NCBI GenBank assembly: GCA_015494395.1 | Contig: WGBG01000167.1 | Coordinates: 1-64,000, forward strand | DNA: 64,000 nt | Reading direction: 5' to 3' | DNA from: Deltaproteobacteria bacterium | Lineage (GTDB): Bacteria; Desulfobacterota; Dissulfuribacteria; Dissulfuribacterales; QOAL01 | Part shown: in pieces, positions 19,001 through 26,922 of the stretch | Layout: every line of letters begins with the position of its first letter | Numbering within the stretch: position 1 is the stretch's first letter | The notes under the pieces: model-generated | The model's input: the letters and a program-made list of their open reading frames with translations, nothing else | Databases searched by the model: none | Told to the model about the DNA's origin: nothing | Program-made: the position numbers and the translations under genes

Positions 19001-20060
19001 TGGGTATGAGGTGGTCGAGGTTTTCATCAATGGTGACATTCAGGAAATATTCGCTGCCGCTCCGGCTGTCTGTCACTTCCTTTTTCCCTGAAAGTGGCGT
19101 TGGCTCAACAAGACCTGATATCTCCGGAGTGGCAATTGCCCAGGCGACTTCGCTTCCTGCGATACCAACCGGGCTTTTTCTCCACTCATCAACCGTGCCG
19201 TTAAATATGCTTATGGCATTAATAACTGGCACTCCCAGAGCATTCAGTTTTTTGGAAAGCTCAGGGGGCAGGGCAGAGTAGAACTTGAAGGTAAAGGCAA
19301 GGACCAGATCAACCCCTGGCCTTCCGGCGCTGTCAATTAGAAATCTCTCCAGCGTCTCCCTGTCACGCCCGAAACAGGGAATCACGTTAAATCCCTCATC
19401 TTCAAGCCTCTTTACTATCTTTTCAAGGGGTGCATCCTGCCCCGGCGTCATGAAGGAGGAGAAGAAGAGAAGGCCCACAAAGGGAGAATCCCTGTTGAAG
19501 CCAGGCCTTGATTCCAGCCAGGCCATGTATCTGTTAATATCCTGAAATACCCGTCCGGCCGCAGGATGAAATATGCCGGTTTGCGGCATCTTTACCACCG
19601 GGTCGTACTTTATCCCCTTGTCAAAATGACGATGGGCAACCAGCCTTAGCATGTTCCGTATGTTTTTCCTGCCGAGATTCGCATAGTATTCCGAGACCTC
19701 AGGGTCAAACAGGAAGCCCAGCTGTTCAAGCCTCTGGTCATCGGTTGAGCCCCTCAGGGCGTAAACCGTCTTGTCCAACGGGTTTACCGTGTTTTCAACA
19801 AATTCCTCAAGGCTGCTGCCCATTACATCAACCACGATGACCCGTGCTTTTTTGATCGCCTTTGAACACTGGTCCCTGCGCCTTTTTATGTCATTTGCAG
19901 AAATTACCTGCACCGTCACGCCCTGCATATCAAGGCCCTGCACGCTCCCCTGGACAAGAAAGGAGTTGTTGTCAATGACCAGCAGGGCAATATCCGCTCC
20001 GAAGGCTGCGGAAAACAGGCAGGGGAACAGCACTGCAAGTATGGCAACGGTCCTTTTCAC
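16092..20060 (-). CDS. CobN/Mg-chelatase-H family protein with N-terminal signal peptide and C-terminal membrane anchor
   Basis: 1322 aa with CobN-family similarity throughout (e.g. YLNVFESL, GTHATYEWNPGK, VLWATETMRNEG, INASGLYRD). N-terminus MKRTVAILAVLFPCLFSAAFGAD. C-terminus WLAGLFVLLLVCAAGYGMSRKV after a charged low-complexity linker. Confidence 0.88.
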   Translation of the reverse strand: MKRTVAILAVLFPCLFSAAFGADIALLVIDNNSFLVQGSVQGLDMQGVTVQVISANDIKRRRDQCSKAIKKARVIVVDVMGSSLEEFVENTVNPLDKTVYALRGSTDDQRLEQLGFLFDPEVSEYYANLGRKNIRNMLRLVAHRHFDKGIKYDPVVKMPQTGIFHPAAGRVFQDINRYMAWLESRPGFNRDSPFVGLLFFSSFMTPGQDAPLEKIVKRLEDEGFNVIPCFGRDRETLERFLIDSAGRPGVDLVLAFTFKFYSALPPELSKKLNALGVPVINAISIFNGTVDEWRKSPVGIAGSEVAWAIATPEISGLVEPTPLSGKKEVTDSRSGSEYFLNVTIDENLDHLIPRLHKWIALGKKPPENRRVALMFYNHSQGKQNVGASYLNVFESLASIMQALSRQGYDVGMLPSGQKIKELILSSARNVGSWAPGELEKLMRSPDVVRIPVSTYRKWFATLPRAFRKEVVKQWGEPEEQFIMRDGNDIIVPAVLCGNCVLLPEPSRGWLDDPMKLYHDPSIYPHHQYLAAYLWLQKEFRADVMVHLGTHATYEWNPGKQAGLSPSCPPEVLIGDIPNIYPYIVDDVGEGIQAKRRGRAVIVSHLTPMLKDVELYQEYARMAELVDEYERARARASITAPEKFRELMELATKTGILADIASELPDRGVGNADDEAVRVLGHYLEEINENLRPDGLHTFGKSPDLDDASEMAGAIVKRNPGESRKRITDGLMASGPAEINSLLAGFNGLYVEPGQGNDPVRNPGAIPTGRNFYGFNPSRIPTAAAWKLGARAADQMVDDYVKKHGRYPAKVAVVLWATETMRNEGVNECTILSLMGVRPRWSPSGRVDGLEVIPGARLGRPRIDVMINASGLYRDLFPDKLEYLDQALQLAMKQTDIENLIALNTRRIRASLIRKGLDEKEAEALSRLRIFSEKPGAYGTGVSEMTGASGLWEDEAKVVGVYENRVGYAFGQGRWGVPARGLLRENLAGVEVALHSRSSNVYGLLDNDDMFQYLGGLAMAIRYESGYTPETLVTQQQKPGQVKVEDMAKTLGREIRSRYLNPQWIKAMQEEDYAGAREMAHYFEYLWGWQVTTPDKVDQAKWNESYQVYVEDKYGLKTDDFFRRASPWAYQSITARMLEAIRKGYWKADDRIKQRLAAQYAVNVVENGVACCDHTCNNPMLNQMVAALISLPGVLSPEIAEKFRVAVEQAAKKSLEDQVLDRKRLLEELSSAGRQSARSAKAPGRDAARTADVPKAQGRGTKQQDISSKKAVESREVEGYRMEKIEQEQQDDAKMSSSGVDWLAGLFVLLLVCAAGYGMSRKV

Positions 20061-22165
20061 TGCTGCTCTCCCTGCTTAACCGGACTGGTAATGGCTGACA
20101 CCGGGACTGTGTACCCCTTATGCTCCATCCGATACATTGCCCCTGCCATAATGGCAGAGAGACCAGAGGCCACAAGCGGTGGCAACCCGCTTAAAAAAGG
20201 GATATTCAAACTCCGGAAGCCGCTCCCCTTTCCGCTGGCGATACGCTTATATACCGCATGCGACCATGTACTCATTGAAGCAATGTCACATACAAGGCCG
20301 CGCTGGAACGCATCGCCTGCAGCCATCAGGGCTTCCAGGTACCCGGCATAGAACGGATCAAGGAGCAGGCTTTCAACCTCCTGGAAAAGCACTGTGCCCT
20401 CATCCCTGTCTCCTGCCGCCTCCATACAGGCCTGCCACAGGTCAATCTTCCGTTCCCGGAGACGCTGGAACACATTGCGGTTTCCGGTAAAACCGTTCTG
20501 CATGTGGACAGCCTCCTGAACTCCCTGATAAACCGCGCGGGCTATTAGGGTGCCAAGGCGGGAATGACCGCCGGACGAATCAACGCGCGGACCGCCCCCC
20601 TGAACCACAATAATATTATCTGTGCCGGTGCCTGTGGCCTGGTTTTCAAGCGGGGTGTAGCTTGAGCGTATGTCAAGGTCCTGCAAGGCTGCGCTCTTTG
20701 CCTCGGTTGCGGTTATAATGGCCCTGGTCATGGCCCTTTCGGTAAGTTTGAGGTTTGTAAGAATAAGTATGTTTATTGTGCCGGGCTTGCTGCCGGAATG
20801 CCCGGACTGTGATCCTGCCCCGGCAAGCTCATAGAATTTGCCAGTATCCGCTGACATTCGAACCGCATTGCTGGATACCCCTGCGGTAACCAGGGCCACC
20901 ACCTGCATTTCCTTGAATCTGCGGGTTGTTACAGCCAGATTATCCATGTTCGCGCCTGTAAACAGCAGGGAGGTTGAGGCAGGATCAAGCCCAAGCACGC
21001 GCATGGTATCGCGCCGCAGGGCGTCAAGACCCTGTCTGTGGCCAAGTCCCCAGGCAGGAGGGGGAAAGTAGTTGTTGCCTATGACACTTATGTTTTCACG
21101 CATCCCCTCCAGGGTTGAAACAACCTTCATGGGGCGGCTCAAGTGCACCACCACGGCCTTGTTCCTGAAATCCTTGATGTCAGCAGAGACCACCTCGGCC
21201 TTCTTTACGCACGGAAGCCCTGCAGACAACTCCTTTCTGCCAACAACCTGCTCTGGCAGTACAAAATTTTCAGGGTTTGAAAATTCATCCCTGTAGAGGC
21301 GCGAGGAGAGCCATGCCACGAAATAGCCGGTATGGGCAGCTGCCCTGCATGTAAGCTCGCAGGGAAAGAAATATATCCGGTTGTTTTTTACCGCATCCAC
21401 ATTCTTCCAGCCCGGCCTGTGCAGCAGCCTGAGGATGGCCCGGTCGCCCCCGCACCCATATAGCACCTGGGGATTGAACTCCTGCCACTCCTCAAGCGAC
21501 ACCGGCACCACAGCCCCCTTTTCGCCCAGGTCCGGAGCAATGCCACCGGCAGCCTCCACGTACTCTTTCTGGAAGGAATCATCCCCCGGCGTCATGACTT
21601 GCCCCCGTCCCATGAGTCTCATGACCCGCACCCTTTTTTCCCTGGGAATCAGCGCGGTTTTGCGTCTTATGAGGTCAAGGAGCCGCTTCTGTTCTGCAAC
21701 AACCTCACCTGCCCTTGCCTGGCATCCGAATATCCTTCCCAGCAGGTTGATGTGCCTGAAGCTGTCCCCTATTGACCGTGGAGAAAGATTAACCAGTACA
21801 CAGCGGCCCCTGAACTGGCTCACCACCTCTCTTTGCAGGTCGGTATAAAAGATAAGATCAGGGTTGATGCCCGCGATTTTCTCCGTATCAGGATAAAAAA
21901 ATCCGCCTGTAATCACCTTGTCTGCCGCCTGTGGAGGCAGAATCGAGTGGTATGTAATTCCGACCACGGCATCTCCGGCCCCTATTGTCAGAAGAATCTC
22001 GGTAACACCCGGAACCAGTGAGACCACCCGTCTTGGCTGGCGCTCAAGGCAGATGGTCTTTCCTGCCGAATCCGTGAATGTCAATGGAAATGCCCCAAGA
22101 GCAAAAGATGGGATAAACAAGAACAACAGCGATACCACTGCCACAAAATGATTTGTTTTTTTCAT
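20057..22165 (-). CDS. Fusion protein: BtuF-like periplasmic binding domain + CbiZ-like adenosylcobinamide amidohydrolase domain
   Basis: Start taken at MKKTNHFVAVVSLLFLFIPSFALGA (signal peptide). About aa 30-300 look like a class III binding protein (RRVVSLVPGVTEILL...INPDLIF). The C-terminal half has GTINILILTN...ITATEAKSAALQDLDI...ATGTGTDNIIVV, typical of CbiZ. ATGA overlap with the CobN-like gene. Confidence 0.75.
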   Translation of the reverse strand: MKKTNHFVAVVSLLFLFIPSFALGAFPLTFTDSAGKTICLERQPRRVVSLVPGVTEILLTIGAGDAVVGITYHSILPPQAADKVITGGFFYPDTEKIAGINPDLIFYTDLQREVVSQFRGRCVLVNLSPRSIGDSFRHINLLGRIFGCQARAGEVVAEQKRLLDLIRRKTALIPREKRVRVMRLMGRGQVMTPGDDSFQKEYVEAAGGIAPDLGEKGAVVPVSLEEWQEFNPQVLYGCGGDRAILRLLHRPGWKNVDAVKNNRIYFFPCELTCRAAAHTGYFVAWLSSRLYRDEFSNPENFVLPEQVVGRKELSAGLPCVKKAEVVSADIKDFRNKAVVVHLSRPMKVVSTLEGMRENISVIGNNYFPPPAWGLGHRQGLDALRRDTMRVLGLDPASTSLLFTGANMDNLAVTTRRFKEMQVVALVTAGVSSNAVRMSADTGKFYELAGAGSQSGHSGSKPGTINILILTNLKLTERAMTRAIITATEAKSAALQDLDIRSSYTPLENQATGTGTDNIIVVQGGGPRVDSSGGHSRLGTLIARAVYQGVQEAVHMQNGFTGNRNVFQRLRERKIDLWQACMEAAGDRDEGTVLFQEVESLLLDPFYAGYLEALMAAGDAFQRGLVCDIASMSTWSHAVYKRIASGKGSGFRSLNIPFLSGLPPLVASGLSAIMAGAMYRMEHKGYTVPVSAITSPVKQGEQQ

Positions 22166-22254
22166 ACCTAAGTTCCTAACTTCTCCTGGCTTCTCAATAA
22201 GCCCGCACAAAGATGCCTGTATCTGCTTACAGGAGGCCGCAGATACCTCAGGTC

Positions 22255-22590
22255 CTATTCCGGCACGTACACCATGGTGCCGTCTCCAAGGCGGTAGGCA
22301 GTTCCAAGCCTCTGGCCCCTGCCACTGGTTTTGGCCCTGGAGACACGCATGGCCTCTATCTTCCTGCCTTTTTTTACTATAATTTCCATGTCTCCTTCCC
22401 CTGTCTGCCTGGTAATTGTCACGGTGGAGTCCTCTTTTAAAAGGTCCTCCAGGTGATACGTGGCAAAGAGGACAAGGAGCAGCCCTACGATAAAGACAAG
22501 CCCGATATCAAAGAGATTGGCCAGGCCGGTCATGGGATCATTATCGGAAAATCCGGTGCCCCGGTCCTGTTTACGCCTGAGATATTTCAT
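22255..22590 (-). CDS. Small bitopic membrane protein (DUF2149-like by recollection; ExbD-like topology)
   Basis: 111 aa. DPMTGLANLFDIGLVFIVGLLLVLF is a single TM segment followed by a soluble domain. ATGA overlap with the upstream MotA/ExbB gene. Confidence 0.65.
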   Translation of the reverse strand: MKYLRRKQDRGTGFSDNDPMTGLANLFDIGLVFIVGLLLVLFATYHLEDLLKEDSTVTITRQTGEGDMEIIVKKGRKIEAMRVSRAKTSGRGQRLGTAYRLGDGTMVYVPE

Positions 22591-23180
22591 TCATCCTGCC
22601 TCCCGTGTCCATGCTCAATTATCTCAGCCACAAGCTCCATGTTCTTTATGTCCTCTTCAATCCATCTGCGCCGGACAGTGAAAAAACAGTAAGCTGCAAG
22701 GCCAAGCGCCATTCCGACCACAGTTGTGGTAAAAGCTATGACAAGGTCTCCGGAGAGCCTGCTTATGTCACCCTGGCCAAGAGAGGCCAGCCCTGTACCC
22801 ATGGGTATCAGCGTACCTATGAGACCCAGGCCCGGTCCTATACGGATCAGCATTTTAAGCCCGTCCAGGGACTTCCACATGCGGTGTTCCATCTCCCGCA
22901 ACAGGTTCAGTACCGCGATTTCCCTGTGGTCATCATGGGCGATAGCAAGGAGTTTGTCTGCAAAGGCCCGGACATCGGCGGGAAATGCCGAAAATCCCTT
23001 CTCGGATGCAGTGGCCAGCGGGTCTGGTTTGAGCCGCCGCCTCGAAAGCCACATGCTGAAAAAATGCCCGCTGTACACAACTGTCCATAACGTAAGCAGG
23101 CACAGCAGGAGCAGCACAGGAAAAAGTAGAGATGAAGAAACCAGGTAAATAAACGATTTAAGAAATGCCGTCAGTTCCAT
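22587..23180 (-). CDS. MotA/TolQ/ExbB-family proton-channel protein
   Basis: 197 aa. IGPGLGLIGTLIPMGTGLASLG...LVIAFTTTVVGMALGLAAYCFF matches the ExbB/TolQ signature region. Confidence 0.8.
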   Translation of the reverse strand: MELTAFLKSFIYLVSSSLLFPVLLLLCLLTLWTVVYSGHFFSMWLSRRRLKPDPLATASEKGFSAFPADVRAFADKLLAIAHDDHREIAVLNLLREMEHRMWKSLDGLKMLIRIGPGLGLIGTLIPMGTGLASLGQGDISRLSGDLVIAFTTTVVGMALGLAAYCFFTVRRRWIEEDIKNMELVAEIIEHGHGRQDE

Positions 23181-23938
23181 TCCACTTTCTCCCTTGCTCT
23201 GCGGTTCTGCCGCTCCATGATTATCCCGATGCCAAAGGCCGCCGCTGCCCCGGCAACCAGCCAGGCAAGCTGATCTGCCCCAGGGCCACTGACAACACCA
23301 CCCTTGCTCAACCTGTAAATCCTCTTTGCATCATCAAAATGGGGAACAATGGCAATGGTCAGAAGAAAGTAGAGAGACAGCATTATCATGACAGTGCCGA
23401 GGCGGCGTTCCGCCCCGGCCCCATTGTTGAAAAACGCAAAAAATGCAGCGGATGCCAGCCCCATCACCACGAAAAGCACTGAGAGCAGAGGGAAAAGCAG
23501 GGCTGGTCCGGGCGAAAGTTTATCCAGCAGTGCGCCTGATAAAAAGATCACCGCAAGGCAGCCCGGGCATGGCGCAACCAGCGCCATCCATGCCCTGGTT
23601 TTTCCTGCTCCACTGCCATCCTTACAACGGTTGGGGAAGAGCAGGGCAGCACCCCAGGCAAACAGGATGGCCACCATGATAAAATGGAAGGCCATTATTC
23701 CCCTGAAGATAGAATCCAGGCTTTCAAGCCATGCAAGGGGATTAAACTTCTTAATTCCAAGCCATGCCACTGCAAATACCAGCAGGTAGAGCACAGCCCA
23801 GGCCAACGCCACACCGGCCTTCTGCAGCACGGTTTTTCTGCTGGAGAGCAGGTACGAAAGCCCTGCTCCGCTCTTTGCCGCAAATACTCCAAATGAAAAC
23901 AGCAATCCCAGTATCAGTGTTTTTGTTTCCATGATCAA
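23171..23938 (-). CDS. Polytopic inner-membrane protein (DUF2162-like predicted transporter by recollection)
   Basis: 255 aa with about 7 hydrophobic segments and a PCPGC motif. Overlaps both neighbours (4 nt and 10 nt). Confidence 0.65.
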   Translation of the reverse strand: MIMETKTLILGLLFSFGVFAAKSGAGLSYLLSSRKTVLQKAGVALAWAVLYLLVFAVAWLGIKKFNPLAWLESLDSIFRGIMAFHFIMVAILFAWGAALLFPNRCKDGSGAGKTRAWMALVAPCPGCLAVIFLSGALLDKLSPGPALLFPLLSVLFVVMGLASAAFFAFFNNGAGAERRLGTVMIMLSLYFLLTIAIVPHFDDAKRIYRLSKGGVVSGPGADQLAWLVAGAAAAFGIGIIMERQNRRAREKVEWN

Positions 23939-26040
23939 AACTCGAAACGGTAACTGAGATATGCGGCTATGCCCGGTTTTGGAAAGCCCTTTTTCTCGTA
24001 ATAGTACTTATCAAACAGGTTATCCACCCGGAGCATTACCCGGTGGTGATCCAGGAATGTAGCCCCCATCACCAGGTCGGCCACTGTAAAGCACGGGTAA
24101 CAGATAACCGGGTATCCGACCGCATTCCAGTCATAATCCTTCATGGTGCCCTGGCTTCTGAAATGGAGCCTTGCGTCGAACATTCCATCGTCGTACATGA
24201 GACCGTAGTTCACGGTGTATGTCGCCACATTGTGTATGTCTTCCCAGTTATCCCTGCTGTTCTCCTCCTCGGCACGTATCATCCAGGTGGCATTTGTAAA
24301 AAGGCTTATTGACCGGTTCCAGTCCAGGTACTTCCCAAAGTCCCACTGCAGCTCCCACTCCATGCCATCCATCCTTGCGCTGAGGCTGTTCTCGTAGGTG
24401 GTGACATTTCCGTTTTTCAGCCTGGTTATCTTGTCATCAACCTCGGTGTGGAAATAGGTCATGTCGAAATTCAGGGCCAGAGCCGGATTTTCATACCCGA
24501 GGCCAAAATCAAATGTAAGTGAGGTTTCAGGGTCCAGATCAGGATTTCCCTTTGTGATCATGGTAACTCCGCCTACCACCCTTTCGGAGTAGCCGGCGAG
24601 CTGCGCTGCGGCAGGAGGGACAAAGGCCTGTCCCAGGGTAGTATGCACGCGCAAACCGTTATCGAACAGGTAATTTACGCCTCCCCTTGGGCTGAACTGG
24701 GAGAAATCGTCTGAACCAGGGATGAAATCCGTTTTGTACGGCGTCTTTCTGGTCTCAACATCAAAGGTGTCGTAGCGTCCGCCTGCAGTTACTGTCAGCC
24801 GCTCATCCATGAAGCGCCAGATGGTTTCTACATAGCCCGCCCAGTTTTCCCTGCTCTCATCGGGGGAATAGGGTGCCTTGCGGCTGCCGTCCAGATTATA
24901 GCTCCTGCTTGTCCGGTCAATATCCTGCCAGTCAAAACCCGCTACTATACGGTGTATCCCCCAGTCATACTGGTTCTTCACCTGAACCCCGGTCCAGTAG
25001 ATGTCATAGTCATAACTGCGGTACGGGCTTACCTCCACTGGAGAGGACCAGCCATAGTAGCGCTTGTAATATTCCGATGATTCTCCGGTGTGGTAGGCTG
25101 TGATATCCAGGCGGTAGTCACGGGTAACCTGGCCGCCAAGCCGGAAGTCAACCCCGTAACGGTCAATATCCTTGTATCCGCTCCTGGCATCTCCATCAAA
25201 GGTGTCGCCTGGCGTTTCAATGTCCCTGCCCTGGTAACCATCAACTGTCAGATCCGTGCGCCAGTGGCTTCCTATGTCCATTCCGAGATGGAAGGAACCG
25301 TCACGTGTAATAAAACCCGTGTGTTTCCTCTCTTCACCATTGCCCATCTCGATATCACCGGCCTGTTCGTACCGCCTTGCTGCAATATCAAGGTCCAGAT
25401 TTTTCCATATCCTTCCCCCAATACCTCCTTTCTGAAAGTTGGTGCGGAAAGATCCGAAACCTGCCTCGGCCCTTCCGGCAAGTGTGCCGGTATTCCTGCG
25501 GGTGATCACGTTGATCACGCCCCCCATTGCCTCGCCGCCGTAAAGTGATGAGGCAGGCCCTTTGAGCACTTCAATACGCTCAATATTGTCTGACGTTATG
25601 GTGGCAAGGTTGGTTGCGCCAGCAGGCCTGCCATTAATCAGGATCAGTGAATGTTTGGTGATCCCGGAAAATTCAGGTCTGAAGCCCCTTATTCCGATAC
25701 CTGCCAGGGCACCCGGGTATTCAATTACCCCGATTGATGAATTTTTCTTGAGCTGTTCGGTTATGGTCTCACCTGAGGTAAGCTCAATTTCCTGACGGTC
25801 AATTACCTCAACCTTGGCAGGAATTTCCCGAATTTCCTCAGGGCTCCTGGTGGCAGTGACAACCATCTCTTCCAGTTGCTCTACCTTGGCAGACTCAGAG
25901 GCAGATTCAGAATAGGGCCGACCATCTTCTGACGCAGACGCATGGACAGGATTCAGAATGAACAGTAAGGCAAAAACAGCAAGGCAGGTGCGGCTGCACC
26001 CGCGTTTCAGAAGGGAAAGACTGGATGGGTGATGTGACAT
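23935..26040 (-). CDS. TonB-dependent outer-membrane receptor (BtuB-like, riboswitch-controlled)
   Basis: 701 aa. Signal peptide, plug start EEMVVTATR, GGVINVITR, and the C-terminal barrel motif DNLFDKYYYEKKGFPKPG...YRFEF. AAGGAGG RBS. Confidence 0.9.
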   Translation of the reverse strand: MSHHPSSLSLLKRGCSRTCLAVFALLFILNPVHASASEDGRPYSESASESAKVEQLEEMVVTATRSPEEIREIPAKVEVIDRQEIELTSGETITEQLKKNSSIGVIEYPGALAGIGIRGFRPEFSGITKHSLILINGRPAGATNLATITSDNIERIEVLKGPASSLYGGEAMGGVINVITRRNTGTLAGRAEAGFGSFRTNFQKGGIGGRIWKNLDLDIAARRYEQAGDIEMGNGEERKHTGFITRDGSFHLGMDIGSHWRTDLTVDGYQGRDIETPGDTFDGDARSGYKDIDRYGVDFRLGGQVTRDYRLDITAYHTGESSEYYKRYYGWSSPVEVSPYRSYDYDIYWTGVQVKNQYDWGIHRIVAGFDWQDIDRTSRSYNLDGSRKAPYSPDESRENWAGYVETIWRFMDERLTVTAGGRYDTFDVETRKTPYKTDFIPGSDDFSQFSPRGGVNYLFDNGLRVHTTLGQAFVPPAAAQLAGYSERVVGGVTMITKGNPDLDPETSLTFDFGLGYENPALALNFDMTYFHTEVDDKITRLKNGNVTTYENSLSARMDGMEWELQWDFGKYLDWNRSISLFTNATWMIRAEEENSRDNWEDIHNVATYTVNYGLMYDDGMFDARLHFRSQGTMKDYDWNAVGYPVICYPCFTVADLVMGATFLDHHRVMLRVDNLFDKYYYEKKGFPKPGIAAYLSYRFEF

Positions 26041-26164
26041 TTAGGCATTCCTCCTTAGCTCCTCGTAATGGTTTCCACGGTACGGAGATAAGTGCGCACC
26101 GTCCCTGACAGAGGAAATAAAGTCGGAATACCGGAGCACGTTATCCCGATCCGCGGGGATATGC

Positions 26165-26345
26165 TCTTGCCTTCAGACAGGTCTTCTGACTTCCGGATCG
26201 TCCACAGTGGCTGCCGCCTTCCCACAGTTCACATAAAACTGCAGTGGCGTATTGGCAGCCCGTGTCCCCGGTTACAGCGGCGGGCCCGTCCCGGATTCTC
26301 ACCGGGTTCCCTTTAAGGAGCTGTCCCAAAAACAGGCTGGACAGC
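26165..26345 (-). promoter_or_regulatory. Cobalamin (B12) riboswitch
   Basis: The minus strand reads ...TTAAAGGGAACCCGGTGAGAATCCGGGACGGGCCCGCCGCTGTAACCGGGGAC...CGCCACTGCAG...CTGTGGGAAGGCGG...AAGTCAGAAGACCTGTCTG (B12 box at 26174-26191). These blocks match the conserved Cbl-riboswitch core (compare E. coli btuB AGGGAATCCAGTGCGAATCTGG...GCAGCGGTAAGG...CACTGCC...GGGAAG...GAAGACCTGCC). Confidence 0.88.
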
Positions 26346-26922
26346 CCTTAAGCTCATAATGAGCATCTGAAGACTTTTATATGTGCTGATTGTCGCGTCT
26401 CTTTAACATGCCTCCTTTTGGTTTTCAAGTCTGTTACAGAAATCGGGCATAAATGTTTCAGATACAGAATGTAAAAAGCTGTAATAACAAACTTGTTTTA
26501 ACCAAATTTGATCGATTGTAGGATTTGCTGCATCTCTTCGAAAAATAAATTCCCAATATAATCGTTTGGCTGAGAATTCTTCAAAACCATGGAAAGAGCC
26601 ACGCATATTGCATTGAGATTATTAGAAGCTCAAGAAGAGAAGCTTAAAAAGAAAGACTACAAGTATTGGTTGAGCAATTGTTGGTTTTGCTACTTTTCCT
26701 TTGTCAGTAGGCGCTGCTTGAGTTTGGAAATTTCGTATGAGTGTACGGTAATTTTCCTGCCCTGTATTTCATAATCAGCTCATGCCAATCGGAACAGAAC
26801 TTGATACCGCGCTCCCCTCCTTTTCCGGAATGGTGAGGGGCCCTGGTATCCTGGGATTTACATTGATAACAGGATAGTTGATAAGGCATGGAAAGGTTTT
26901 ATAGTGAGATTCGATTAGTGAC

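Noticed and set aside
26165-26345. Two GCCACTG motifs suggested a tandem (double) B12 riboswitch
   Set aside because: Only one AGGGAA…GGTG…CTGTAA core and one B12 box are present. The second GCCACTG sits between the GGGAAGGCGG segment and the B12 box, in the 3' part of the same aptamer.
26704-26889. 61-aa ORF as an IS transposase gene (mobile_element feature)
   Set aside because: Only a vague CxxC…C pattern is present, the second Cys pair is not intact, and there are no DDE/HTH motifs or flanking inverted repeats. This is too weak to annotate, so it is kept only as a speculative relic in the findings.
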